A stretch of 62,549 nt of DNA from Actinomycetes bacterium (lineage in GTDB: Bacteria > Actinomycetota > Actinomycetes > Actinomycetales > Microbacteriaceae), in assembly GCA_023390155.1 (NCBI GenBank), contig JAEWDJ010000111.1, forward strand, positions 1 through 62,549, given 5' to 3'. A program made the position numbers and the translations under genes. Below are positions 27,302 to 36,705 of this stretch, piece after piece. The first letter of the stretch is position 1, and every line of letters starts with the position of its first letter. Below the pieces are notes generated by a model that saw only the letters and a program-made list of their open reading frames with translations, was not told the DNA's origin and searched no databases.

Positions 27302-28323
27302 CCACCTTCACACCCACCAAGGGCGGCCGCGCGAAGTCGCTGATCGCCACGGCCTTCCGTCAGAACAGCATCTGGATCCTGCTGGCCTTCATCGTGATCG
27401 CACTCGTGTTCGCCGTCATGCGGCCGACCGCGTTCGCGACATCGTTCAACTGGACGAACATCGCCATCAACGCGTCCATCCTGCTGATCCTCGCCGTCGG
27501 TCAGACCTTCGTCATCGCGACGAGCGGCATCGACCTCTCGGTCGGGTCCGTACTCGTATTCGCCTCGGTGATCGCGACGCAGGTGACGCTTTCCCTCGGT
27601 CAGGCGTTCGGCGACCGTAACAGCGCGGCCGCCATCGTTCTCGGTCTTCTGGCCGGGCTCGTCGCCGGCACGCTCTGGGGAGTTTTCAACGGCTTCCTGA
27701 TCGCTGTCGCCAAAGTCCCACCGCTCATCGTGACGCTGGGATCGATGGGCATGGCGATGGGCTTTGCCCAGATCATCACCGGAGGCAATGACCTCCGCGG
27801 TCTCCCGCCCGCGCTCATCTCGACGGTCGGATCCGGCCGTGTGTTCGGCGTGATCCCGTGGCTCGTGATCATCGCGCTCATCGTTGCCCTCATCTCGGCC
27901 TTCGTGCTCAACAAGACGCGGTTCGGGCGCTACACGCTCGCGATCGGCTCGGACGAGGAGGCCTCGCGGCGCAACGGCCTTCCCGTTCGGCTCCACCTGA
28001 TCAAGGTCTATGCGCTCTCCGGTCTGCTCGCCGGCCTGGCGGGCTGGCTCTCGGTCGCGCGCTTCGGTGCGACGACCATCAACGGCCACAGCTCGGAGAA
28101 CCTCGACACGATCGCCGCGGTCGTGTTGGGCGGGACCAGTCTCTTCGGTGGCGTCGCCTCCATCTTCGGCACGGTGATCGGCGTATTCATCCCGACGGTG
28201 TTGAAGAACGGCTTCACCATTGTCGGAGTCGAGCCCTTCTGGCAGAACGTCGCTGTCGGCGCGGTTCTGATTGCCGCCGTGTATTACGACCAGCAGCGTC
28301 GACGGTCACGCTCCAGACGCTGA
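27298..28323 (+). CDS. Ribose-type ABC transporter permease
   Basis: GIDLSVGS, TRFGRYTLAIG, IAAVVLGGTSLFGG; start MTTFTPTK. Confidence 0.93.
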   Translation: MTTFTPTKGGRAKSLIATAFRQNSIWILLAFIVIALVFAVMRPTAFATSFNWTNIAINASILLILAVGQTFVIATSGIDLSVGSVLVFASVIATQVTLSLGQAFGDRNSAAAIVLGLLAGLVAGTLWGVFNGFLIAVAKVPPLIVTLGSMGMAMGFAQIITGGNDLRGLPPALISTVGSGRVFGVIPWLVIIALIVALISAFVLNKTRFGRYTLAIGSDEEASRRNGLPVRLHLIKVYALSGLLAGLAGWLSVARFGATTINGHSSENLDTIAAVVLGGTSLFGGVASIFGTVIGVFIPTVLKNGFTIVGVEPFWQNVAVGAVLIAAVYYDQQRRRSRSRR

Positions 28324-28367
28324 CAGACCGAGACGACCTTTCGATGCATGGAGAGGAGGTGGGCGCC

Positions 28368-29456
28368 ATGGAGCGACCCCATCGTGAGACATACACCGTC
28401 CGGACTGTCGACGGCACGCGCGAGTTCCGCGTGGAGGACGGCGTCGTGCTGCCGCACGAGCACATCATCGTCGACTCCCGCGTGTGGTGGGAGGGTGACG
28501 GCGACTGGCGCGCCTTCGACGACGCCGCCGTGGTGGCCGAGACGGGATGGAGTGACCTCCATCGCCGCCCGCAGGGCGTGCTCCGCGAGAACCTGCTGCT
28601 CAGCGACTGGTTTCTCGGAGCGCGCGAGTTGAAGCTGGCCCGCGAGGCAGGCACCCAGCTCGTCGTCGACCTGACGGTGCTGGGCGGGGGACCGAACGCC
28701 GAGATCGCCGCCAGGGCTGCGGCGGCCGCCGGGGTTTCCCTCGTCGTCAGCGCCGGGCGCTACCTCGAGCAAGCGCTGCCCGCCTCGGAGCTGCAGGTGA
28801 GCGAGCAGGAGCTGGTGGAGCGCTGGACCAGGCAGATCGAGGAGGGCTACGCGGTGGAGGACCGCCCATCGGCGGAGACGTCGTCGTCGCCCGGTCGGCT
28901 GATGCCCGGAGTGATCGGCGAGATCGGCACTGGCCGGGACATCTCCGACGTGGAGAGGACCTCGTTGCGCGCGGCCGGACGGGTACAGGCGGCGACGGGC
29001 CTCCCCTTCAACATCCACGTCCATCCCTTCGCGAAACGCGCACTGCAGGCCATCGCGATCGCCGAGAAGGCCGGTGCCGATCCGGCCCGCATCGCGATCT
29101 CGCACCTCGACTGCGAGATCGATCTCCCGCAACTCGAAGCCATCATGAGCGCCGGCGCTTTCGTCGAGTTCGACAATTTCGGGACAGGAAGGGGCCGCTA
29201 CGTCAACGGCGACGCCTACCCGGACGACAGCGAGCGCCTCGACGCGATCGAGCATTTCCTGAACGCCGGCTTCGGTGGACAGTTGCTGCTCTCGCATGAC
29301 ATCAACCACCGGAACTCGCTCGTCGCCAACGGCGGCTGGGGATACCGGCACATAGCGCGCACGATCCGGCCCCGGCTCGTCGAGCGCTTCGGCGAGGACG
29401 TCGCGGTCGGACTGACCGCGCGCAACCCTCTCGCCTTCCTCAACGTGGACGCCTGA
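28368..29456 (+). CDS. Phosphotriesterase-like (PHP/PTE) amidohydrolase
   Basis: HEH, GEIG, IHVH, ISHLD and LSHD metal-ligand motifs. Confidence 0.88.
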   Translation: MERPHRETYTVRTVDGTREFRVEDGVVLPHEHIIVDSRVWWEGDGDWRAFDDAAVVAETGWSDLHRRPQGVLRENLLLSDWFLGARELKLAREAGTQLVVDLTVLGGGPNAEIAARAAAAAGVSLVVSAGRYLEQALPASELQVSEQELVERWTRQIEEGYAVEDRPSAETSSSPGRLMPGVIGEIGTGRDISDVERTSLRAAGRVQAATGLPFNIHVHPFAKRALQAIAIAEKAGADPARIAISHLDCEIDLPQLEAIMSAGAFVEFDNFGTGRGRYVNGDAYPDDSERLDAIEHFLNAGFGGQLLLSHDINHRNSLVANGGWGYRHIARTIRPRLVERFGEDVAVGLTARNPLAFLNVDA

Positions 29457-29496
29457 CGCGTCCAGCCGACCAACCCACCAAAAGGAGAAACATCCC

Positions 29497-30246
29497 ATGA
29501 ACAGTCGCGTCCTCGTCGTCGGCGAAAGCTGGAATACGTTCGCCCAGCACACCAAGGGACTCGCCGCGTACACGACGTCCGGCTACGAAGAGGGAGCCGA
29601 GCAGCTCATCCGGGTGCTTGGGGAGTCCGGCCACCAGGTCGACTACATGCCGAATCATGTGGTGGTCGAGCACTTCCCGTACGACAGCGAGGAGTTGCGA
29701 GCCAAGTACGACGTGATCATTTTGAGCGATGTCCCCGCCGACTCGTTCCTGCTCCCCAACGCGGTCTTCGTCAAGGGCGAGCGCCGCCCGAACCGCCTGT
29801 CCGTGATCGGCGACTTCGTCGAGGCGGGCGGCGGTCTGCTGATGATCGGCGGCTACATGTCGTTCTCCGGGTTCGAGGGGCGCGGCCGCTTCTCGCTGAC
29901 GCCGCTCGCCGAGGTCCTGCCAGTCGAGATGCTCGTCCACGACGACCGCATCGAGTCTCCCGAGGGCGTGGTCCCTGATGTCGTCGCCGAGCACCGGGTG
30001 CTGGACGGCGTGGAGGCGCAGTGGCCGTACTTCCTCGGCTATAACCGGTTCGCGGCGAAGGAGGGGGCGACCACGCTGATGACTGTCGGTGATGACCCGT
30101 TCCTGGTCGTCGGCACGCACGGCAGCGGCCGCGTCGGCGCGTTCGCCTCCGACTGCTCGCCGCACTGGGGCAGTCCCGAATTCATGGCGTGGGGCTCGTA
30201 CACGCCGTTCTGGTCGCAGCTCGTCGGCTGGGTGGCTGGGGAATGA
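29497..30246 (+). CDS. Class I glutamine amidotransferase-like protein (DUF1355 type)
   Basis: VLVVGESW..YDVIILSD..GGGLLMIGGYMSFSG..SDCSPHWG. Confidence 0.8.
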   Translation: MNSRVLVVGESWNTFAQHTKGLAAYTTSGYEEGAEQLIRVLGESGHQVDYMPNHVVVEHFPYDSEELRAKYDVIILSDVPADSFLLPNAVFVKGERRPNRLSVIGDFVEAGGGLLMIGGYMSFSGFEGRGRFSLTPLAEVLPVEMLVHDDRIESPEGVVPDVVAEHRVLDGVEAQWPYFLGYNRFAAKEGATTLMTVGDDPFLVVGTHGSGRVGAFASDCSPHWGSPEFMAWGSYTPFWSQLVGWVAGE

Positions 30247-30575
30247 GGCGGTTCGTCGTCAGCTACTTCGCGCTGGCCGAGGGCGATTCCATCGAGTCGT
30301 ACCGGAACTGGTCGCTGTCGTATGTGCGGCCGGTGATGGAGGCGATGCCGTCCGTCGTGTCGTTCCTCGATTTCGCCGTCTCGGGCTCGATGGACGCCGC
30401 CGACACCGAGTGGGACGGCTGCGAGATCATCGAGGTGACCGATTTCGTCTCCTTCGAACGGGACAACGCCATCGACGAGGGCGGCCGGCTCGCGGAAGCG
30501 TGGCGTGAAAGACTTGCGTCCTGGTCCATCGGGTACCTGGAGGACCTGGCCGGGCCCCCCGTCCCGGCCGCGTGA
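30243..30575 (+). CDS. Small EthD/REDY-like alpha-beta barrel protein
   Basis: FALAEGDSIESYRNWSLSYVRP..MPSV..WDGCEIIEVTD; ATGA overlap. Confidence 0.55.
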   Translation: MRRFVVSYFALAEGDSIESYRNWSLSYVRPVMEAMPSVVSFLDFAVSGSMDAADTEWDGCEIIEVTDFVSFERDNAIDEGGRLAEAWRERLASWSIGYLEDLAGPPVPAA

Positions 30576-30585
30576 GGAGGCTTCC

Positions 30586-31026
30586 GTGCACACGTTCAGT
30601 CAGATCGTCGGTCACCATTCCGACGAGGCGATCCACGACCGGCTGCACGAGCTGGACGACGCCGGCCGCGTCGTCAGGCTTGTCGTACCGGCCAAGGAAT
30701 TGGGTCGCCGCCGCTTCAAGGTGACCGGCAGCGACGGCCAGGAGTACGGGATCGCTCTCGGTCGCGACACTGAATTGCGGAACGGATCGGTGCTGTCGAT
30801 GGACGACGAACGTGCTTTCGTCGTCGAGGCCCTGGAATCCGAGACGCTCACGCTGCGTCCCACCTCGCTGGAAGGGGCGATCCAGCTCGGCTGGCACGCC
30901 GGTCACCTGCACTGGCGGGTGCGCATGCAAGACGACACGATGACCGTCCTCCTCGATGCACCGCGGAACGACTACCTCGTTCGCATCGCGTCCTGGCTCG
31001 ACCGCGGAGCGATCGAGGTCGTGTAG
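30586..31026 (+). CDS. ureE: Urease accessory protein UreE-like (no His tail)
   Basis: GRRRFKVTGSDGQEYGIAL..LRNGSVL..LGWHAGHLHW; context. Confidence 0.8.
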   Translation: MHTFSQIVGHHSDEAIHDRLHELDDAGRVVRLVVPAKELGRRRFKVTGSDGQEYGIALGRDTELRNGSVLSMDDERAFVVEALESETLTLRPTSLEGAIQLGWHAGHLHWRVRMQDDTMTVLLDAPRNDYLVRIASWLDRGAIEVV

Positions 31027-31706
31027 TGGCGACTCTTCTCGGCACCCTGCTGAACGCGGATCCGGCGTTCGGATCCGGTGCTTCGTCATTCTCATCCGGG
31101 CTGGAGACGCTGGTGGGCGACGGACTCGTCGGCGACCCCGACGGGCTCGTCGCCCTCATGACCGATGCGGTGCGGCTGCGCTGGAACACCTTCGACCGTG
31201 TCTTCCTCTCCCGTAGCTACGCGTTGGGCTGCAGGTCGGAGAGCGACGCAGACCGGCTCGCCCTCGACCGCGAGCTCGAGGTGTCGATGCCCGGGCACTC
31301 AGCTCGCGGCTCGTCGAGACGCGCGGGCGCGGCGCTCCTGGGCACCTGGGCACGTCTGGGGAGCCCGTCCGTCATCCGGTACCGGCATCGGGTGAAGGGG
31401 ACGGCCTTCGCTGGGCACCTCGCCGTCGCACAGGGACTCGTCTGGTCCGAGAGAGGGCTGACGCTCGACGATGCGGAGGCGCTCGCGTGCTGGGCGGTGC
31501 TCTCCGCCTACGCGAGCGGCGCCGTCCGCCTCGGCGTCGTCGGCCACCGCTCCGCCCAGTTCGCGCTGATCACGGCGGAGCGCGAGCTCGCGCCGCTGCT
31601 CGAACAGCCCGTACCCGACGACGCGGTCCCGCATTCATTCACCCCGATCCATGACATCGCGCTCGAGCGACACCGGCTCGCCGAGCTGAAGCTCTTCGTC
31701 TCCTGA
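31026..31706 (+). CDS. ureF: Urease accessory protein UreF
   Basis: DPAFGSGASSFSSGLE..AVRLGVVG..H..LFVS C-terminus. Confidence 0.85.
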   Translation: MATLLGTLLNADPAFGSGASSFSSGLETLVGDGLVGDPDGLVALMTDAVRLRWNTFDRVFLSRSYALGCRSESDADRLALDRELEVSMPGHSARGSSRRAGAALLGTWARLGSPSVIRYRHRVKGTAFAGHLAVAQGLVWSERGLTLDDAEALACWAVLSAYASGAVRLGVVGHRSAQFALITAERELAPLLEQPVPDDAVPHSFTPIHDIALERHRLAELKLFVS

Positions 31707-31715
31707 AGGACAGAT

Positions 31716-32429
31716 ATGAATCTCTCGCCCACCGAGCTGGAACGGCTCACGATCTTCACTGCTGCCGAATTCGCGCGGCGCAACCTGCGCCACGGCGTCC
31801 GGTTGTCGCACCCCGAGGCCGTGGCCTACCTGACGGACGAGGCGATGCTCCTGGCCAGACAGGATGTCTCGTTCGCCGAGATCCGCGACCGGGTCTCGCG
31901 CATGCTCGACGCCGAGCAGATCCAACCGGGCGTCGCGGCGATGATCCCGCTACTGATGATCGAACTGCCGATGGCCGAGGGGACGAAGCTCCTCGCCGTC
32001 TACGACCCGATCCCGACACCGGCAGGTGATCTGCGCCCGGGCGGTGTGGAGACGGCCGGCGCTGCGAAGGATCTGTTCCCCGGTGCGCCGCTCACCGAGC
32101 TCGAAGTCGTCAACGAGGGAGACCGTGACGTCCAGGTGCGCAGCCTGACGCATTTCTTCGAGGTCAACCGCGCACTCCGATTCGACCGGGCGTCCGCGTA
32201 CGGGATGCGGCTGGCCGTTCCGGCCGGGCAGGGCGTCCGGTTCGAACCGGGCGTTCCGAAGCTGGTCTCGCTCGTCGCCGTCGGGGGCGACAGGGTGGTG
32301 CTCGGGCAGGCGGGTCTCGTCGAGGGCGCCCTGGACGACCCCGCAGTGCGAGAGCGGGCGTTCGCCCGCGCCGTCGAGCGCGGCTACCTGCGCCAGGCGA
32401 ACGGCGTCGATCTGGAGGACGGACGATGA
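31716..32429 (+). CDS. ureAB: Fused urease gamma/beta subunit
   Basis: MNLSPTE..LSHPEAVA..GTKLL; NEGDRDVQV..HFFEVNRALRFDR..VRFEPG. Confidence 0.9.
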   Translation: MNLSPTELERLTIFTAAEFARRNLRHGVRLSHPEAVAYLTDEAMLLARQDVSFAEIRDRVSRMLDAEQIQPGVAAMIPLLMIELPMAEGTKLLAVYDPIPTPAGDLRPGGVETAGAAKDLFPGAPLTELEVVNEGDRDVQVRSLTHFFEVNRALRFDRASAYGMRLAVPAGQGVRFEPGVPKLVSLVAVGGDRVVLGQAGLVEGALDDPAVRERAFARAVERGYLRQANGVDLEDGR

Positions 32430-34126
32430 AGGGGATGGAACCCGAGGGCTATGCGCGCGTCTACGGACCGACGGCGGGCGACCGTTTCCGGCTGGGTGAC
32501 ACGTCCCTCATCGCAGAGATCGAGCACGACTATGCCGTGCCCGGATGGGAACTGCTGATCGGCGCGGGCAAATCGCTGCGCGACGGCGAGGGCATCGCCG
32601 CGAACGCGACCTCGGCGGACGGCGCGCTCGACGTCGTGATCCAGAACGCGACGATTATCGACGCCGTCCTCGGCATCGTCAAAGGCGACATCGGCATCAA
32701 GGACGGCCGGATCGTCGGAGTCGGCAAGGCGGGCAACCCGGCCGTGATGCCCGGTGTGCACCCCGGCCTCATCGTCGGCCAGAGCACGACCCCGATCAAC
32801 GGACACGATGTGATCGTCACGGCGGGAGCGATCGAGTGCCACGCGCACATCCAGTCCCCGGAGCAGACCGAACATGCACTCGCCGGAGGCACGACGACCT
32901 TGATCGGTAGTTCGCCCGGGCCGGTCTTCGAGGTCGGGTCCGGCAGCGCCCATGTGATGGGCAAGTTCCTCCAGGGAGCAGAGGACTCACCGGTGAACTT
33001 CGCCTTGCTCGCTCGCGGCGGCTCCGACCCGCGTGCAGTGGAGCACGCCGTCGCCGGAGGGGCGATGGCCGTCAAGGTGCACGAGGATTTCGGCGCCTCG
33101 CCGTCGGTCATCGATGGGTCGCTCGTCGCAGCAGACAGGAACGACTTCGCTGTGCACCTGCACACCGACTCGATCAACGAGTTCGGTTTCGCGGAGGACA
33201 CCATGGCCGCTGTGCGGGGCCGCACCATCCACATGTATCACGTCGAGGGAGCGGGCGGTGGGCATGCGCCCGATCTACTTCGCGTCGTCTCCTATCCCAA
33301 CGTCATACCTTCGTCGACCAACCCGACCAATCCCTTCACGCCGGCGGCGCTGGAGGAGGGAGTGCCGATGGCGATGATCGGACACAACCTCAACCCCAGC
33401 GCGCCGGAGGATGTGGCGTTCGCCGAATCCCGCATCCGCCCGCAGACGATGGCGGCAGAGGACTATCTGCACGACATCGGTGCGATCTCGCTGTTCGGGA
33501 CCGACACGCAGGGGATGGGCCGCCTCGCCGAGAACGTCGCCAAATGCTGGCAGCTGGCCAGCGTGATGAAGGACCGCCACGGCGCCCTGCCGGAGGAGAC
33601 CAGGCCCGGCGCCGACAACGAGCGCATCAAGCGCTACATCGCGAAGCTCACCATCAACCCCGCGATTGCGGTCGGCGTCGGCGACCACGTCGGTTCGCTC
33701 GAGGCGGGGAAGCTGGCGGACCTCGTCATCTGGCCTCGCGCATCCTTCGGGATCAAGCCGTCGCACGTGATGAAGGCGGGCATGGTCGTGTGGGCGTCGA
33801 TGGGAGACGCCAATGGCAGCATCCCGCTCTCCGAGCCCGTGGTGCAGCGCCGGATGTGGGGCGCCCTCGGCAAGGCGAGCCCGCTGGTGAGCGCGGTCTT
33901 CGCGTCGCATCTCGCGCTGCCGGCACTCGAACGTCTCGGGCTCGACAAGCCGATCCTCCCGATCACCTCGACCCGCGGACTGCGCAAGACGGACATGGTC
34001 CGCAACGACGCGCTGCCCGATGTGCACGTCGACCCTCGCACCTTCGAGGTGCGCGTCGACGGCACGGTGCTCGAGACCGTCCCCGCTCTGTCCGTCCCAC
34101 TGTCCAGGAGGTACCTGCTGAGATGA
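32426..34126 (+). CDS. ureC: Urease alpha subunit-like dinickel amidohydrolase (divergent)
   Basis: [45 protein letters not shown] and TINPAI; flap reads MIGHNL. Confidence 0.9.
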   Translation: MKGMEPEGYARVYGPTAGDRFRLGDTSLIAEIEHDYAVPGWELLIGAGKSLRDGEGIAANATSADGALDVVIQNATIIDAVLGIVKGDIGIKDGRIVGVGKAGNPAVMPGVHPGLIVGQSTTPINGHDVIVTAGAIECHAHIQSPEQTEHALAGGTTTLIGSSPGPVFEVGSGSAHVMGKFLQGAEDSPVNFALLARGGSDPRAVEHAVAGGAMAVKVHEDFGASPSVIDGSLVAADRNDFAVHLHTDSINEFGFAEDTMAAVRGRTIHMYHVEGAGGGHAPDLLRVVSYPNVIPSSTNPTNPFTPAALEEGVPMAMIGHNLNPSAPEDVAFAESRIRPQTMAAEDYLHDIGAISLFGTDTQGMGRLAENVAKCWQLASVMKDRHGALPEETRPGADNERIKRYIAKLTINPAIAVGVGDHVGSLEAGKLADLVIWPRASFGIKPSHVMKAGMVVWASMGDANGSIPLSEPVVQRRMWGALGKASPLVSAVFASHLALPALERLGLDKPILPITSTRGLRKTDMVRNDALPDVHVDPRTFEVRVDGTVLETVPALSVPLSRRYLLR

Positions 34127-34764
34127 CCGCTCTCACCATCGGAGAAGAAGCCCCGCCCGTCGTCGCGACGGCGCGCATCGGGATCGGCGGCCCTGTCGGG
34201 TCCGGGAAGACGGCGCTCGTCGAACAGCTCGTCCCCGCGCTGGCGCGGCTCGGCAAAACAGCCTCCGTGATCACCAACGACCTGGTGACCGCGGAGGACG
34301 CCGAGCGCATCAGGCGCTCGGGCGTGATCGATCCGGCGCGGGTGTTCGCGGTCGAAGCAGGCGCCTGTCCGCACACGGTGATCCGTGAGGATCCGACGCT
34401 CAACATCGAGGCGGCGGATGAGCTGGAGGCTCTTTTCCCCGGTACGGATGTGATCCTCATCGAGAGTGGCGGCGACAACCTGGCCTCGACCTTCTCCGAC
34501 GACCTGGTCGACTACTGGCTGTTCGTGATCGATGTCGCCGGCGGTGGAGACATCCCGCGCAAGCGCGGCCCCGGTGTCATCCGCTCCGACCTGCTGATCG
34601 TCAACAAGACCGACCTCGCCCCGTACGTCGGCGTCGACCTCGATACGATGCTCGCTGAGGCGATCGCCGTACGAGCTGGTCGCTCGGTCCTCGCTACGGA
34701 CTGCCGCCACGGCGAGGGCGTCGACGAGGTGGCCAGGCGGCTGGTGGACGAGGTTCTCTTCTGA
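34123..34764 (+). CDS. ureG: Urease accessory GTPase UreG
   Basis: [27 protein letters not shown]. Confidence 0.95.
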   Translation: MTALTIGEEAPPVVATARIGIGGPVGSGKTALVEQLVPALARLGKTASVITNDLVTAEDAERIRRSGVIDPARVFAVEAGACPHTVIREDPTLNIEAADELEALFPGTDVILIESGGDNLASTFSDDLVDYWLFVIDVAGGGDIPRKRGPGVIRSDLLIVNKTDLAPYVGVDLDTMLAEAIAVRAGRSVLATDCRHGEGVDEVARRLVDEVLF

Positions 34765-34799
34765 GCGTCGACCACCACCTCGATCTGGCCTTCGCCCGA

Positions 34800-35537
34800 G
34801 TGGCGGGGAGGACGGCCCTGGTCCGCCGCTTGCACACCTGGCCGTACTCGGTGGGCCGCGTGTTCCCGCACGAGGGAGGGGCAGATCCCGCCCAGGTGAT
34901 CGTGCAGTCAGGAAGCGGCGGAATCATCACCGGTGACCTGCTCCGCCAGCGCTTGACCGCTGCGGAAGGCGCGCACGCCCGCGTCCTCGGGCAGGGCGCC
35001 GTCTCTGTCCATCGGCGCGGGGCGCGCGCAGGCGCAGGGGAGCATCTGCAGATGGAGGCGGCAACGGGCGCCTGGCTGGAGAATCTCGCCGAGCCTCGCG
35101 TGCTGTTCGACGGCAGCGATTTCACCCAGCGCACGACGATCGACGCCCGAGGCGGGAGCATGATCGCGGTGGAGAGCATCGTGGCGCTCGACGGCGCCTT
35201 CTCGTACGAATCCGAGTTCGACATCCGCGCGGAAGGCGAGACGGTGGCACGCGAGCGCATGCGCGTGCACGCGGGCGATCTTCCGCGCGGGATGAGCGCG
35301 TTCGGGTTGGTTCTCTTCGTCGGAGGCGATTCCTCGGCCCCGCCGGATCTGGACGACCGCTGGCGGGCGTGGCACTCCGAATTCGGATCGAGCCGGGTCT
35401 ATGGGACCGTCTCTCCGCTCCCGTTCGAAGCCGGATTGAGCGTTCGCGTCGCGGCCGTCGACGGCCGTCTGCTGCGCACCGCGCTCGCCGCAGCCATCGG
35501 GGTCCTGCGCTCAGAGCAAGATCGACCGACGTTGTGA
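34800..35537 (+). CDS. ureD: Urease accessory protein UreD/UreH (frame is open upstream to at least 34761)
   Basis: SGGIITGD..ARVLGQGA..LENLAEPRVLF; follows ureG. Confidence 0.8.
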   Translation: MAGRTALVRRLHTWPYSVGRVFPHEGGADPAQVIVQSGSGGIITGDLLRQRLTAAEGAHARVLGQGAVSVHRRGARAGAGEHLQMEAATGAWLENLAEPRVLFDGSDFTQRTTIDARGGSMIAVESIVALDGAFSYESEFDIRAEGETVARERMRVHAGDLPRGMSAFGLVLFVGGDSSAPPDLDDRWRAWHSEFGSSRVYGTVSPLPFEAGLSVRVAAVDGRLLRTALAAAIGVLRSEQDRPTL

Positions 35538-35579
35538 TGTGGGCGAAATCGGACGGAAACATTGTCTTGTTACCGTGGA

Positions 35580-35593
35580 TGTAATCGATTACA
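35580..35593. promoter_or_regulatory. LacI-type operator 2, TGTAATCGATTACA
   Basis: Identical to 26465-26478; upstream of the SBP and ribokinase genes. Confidence 0.85.
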
Positions 35594-35637
35594 CTCAACC
35601 CACGCTGACTCGCTCCACCGATTGAGAGGCCCGAACA

Positions 35638-36612
35638 ATGAAGTCGAAGACACTGCTCGCCACCGCTGGGGCGATGCTCGCCGTCGCATCGCTCGCCGGC
35701 TGTTCCAGCGCTTCCGGAGGCGCATCCGCCGACGGCGCGACCCGCGTCACCCTGGTTCCCGGCACCAAGGGGAGCCCCTTCTACGAAGCAATGGCCTGTG
35801 GAGCCAAGGCCGCGTCGAAGGAGCACGAGGTCACGCTCGATGTCGCCGCACCCGACACGTGGGGCGCCGCGACACAGCTTCCCGTCCTCGACACCGTCGC
35901 GGCGCAGAACCCGAACGCGCTCCTCGTGGTCCCCACTGACGTCGAGGCTCTTACGCCCCGCCTGCAGGAGATCAAGGACAACGGCACTCCGATCGTCCTG
36001 CTCGATCAGACCGTCACCGACACTTCCGTCGCTGTCTCGCGCATCGGCTCGAACGACGAGGAGGGTGGTCGCGAGGCCGCCAAGGCGATGGCCGAGGCAA
36101 TCGGCGGCAAGGGGAAGGTCATGGCGATCAGCTCGCCTCCCGGCACAGACGCGCAGTACGTTCGCGTCAACGGGTTCAAGGAGGAGCTGAAGGCCAACTT
36201 CCCCGACATCGAGTACATCGGCGAGCAGCTTGCGCTGAACGATGTCACCGCGGCCTCTGGCTTCGTCACCTCGACCCTCGCCAGCACCCCCGACCTCGCG
36301 GGTGTCTTCGTGACCAATGACATCAACGCGACCGGAGCGGTGACGGGCCTCGAAGAGGCGGGAGCGACCGGCAAGGTCAAGGTCGTCGCGTATGACGCGG
36401 CCGAGAGCGAGGTCGACTCGCTCAAGTCCGGTGCCATCGACGCGCTGATCGCCCAGGACCCGTACGGCGAGGGCTTCCAGGGGATTGAGCAGGCGCTCGC
36501 CGCCCTCGACGACAAGGCGACCAAGAAGTCGATCGCCATCCCGCTCGAGACTCTCACCATGAAAGATGAGGCGGCGCTCGAGAAGTACCTCAGCCGCAAC
36601 GGCGGCTGCTGA
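35638..36612 (+). CDS. Sugar ABC substrate-binding lipoprotein (RbsB-like)
   Basis: Lipobox LAG-C; type I periplasmic-binding pattern, RVNGF, VVAYD, IAQDP. Confidence 0.9.
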   Translation: MKSKTLLATAGAMLAVASLAGCSSASGGASADGATRVTLVPGTKGSPFYEAMACGAKAASKEHEVTLDVAAPDTWGAATQLPVLDTVAAQNPNALLVVPTDVEALTPRLQEIKDNGTPIVLLDQTVTDTSVAVSRIGSNDEEGGREAAKAMAEAIGGKGKVMAISSPPGTDAQYVRVNGFKEELKANFPDIEYIGEQLALNDVTAASGFVTSTLASTPDLAGVFVTNDINATGAVTGLEEAGATGKVKVVAYDAAESEVDSLKSGAIDALIAQDPYGEGFQGIEQALAALDDKATKKSIAIPLETLTMKDEAALEKYLSRNGGC

Positions 36613-36618
36613 TCGTGA

Positions 36619-36656
36619 GGAAGCCCGGTGCCCGCAGATCGCGGGGCCGGGCTTCC
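36619..36656 (+). terminator. Stem-loop after the SBP gene (terminator or mRNA stabiliser)
   Basis: GGAAGCCCGG...CCGGGCTTCC. Confidence 0.55.
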
Positions 36657-36705
36657 GGCCGTACCACAGAGCATTCCGGCTGCACCCGATGACCGAGGAG
36701 GGTCC

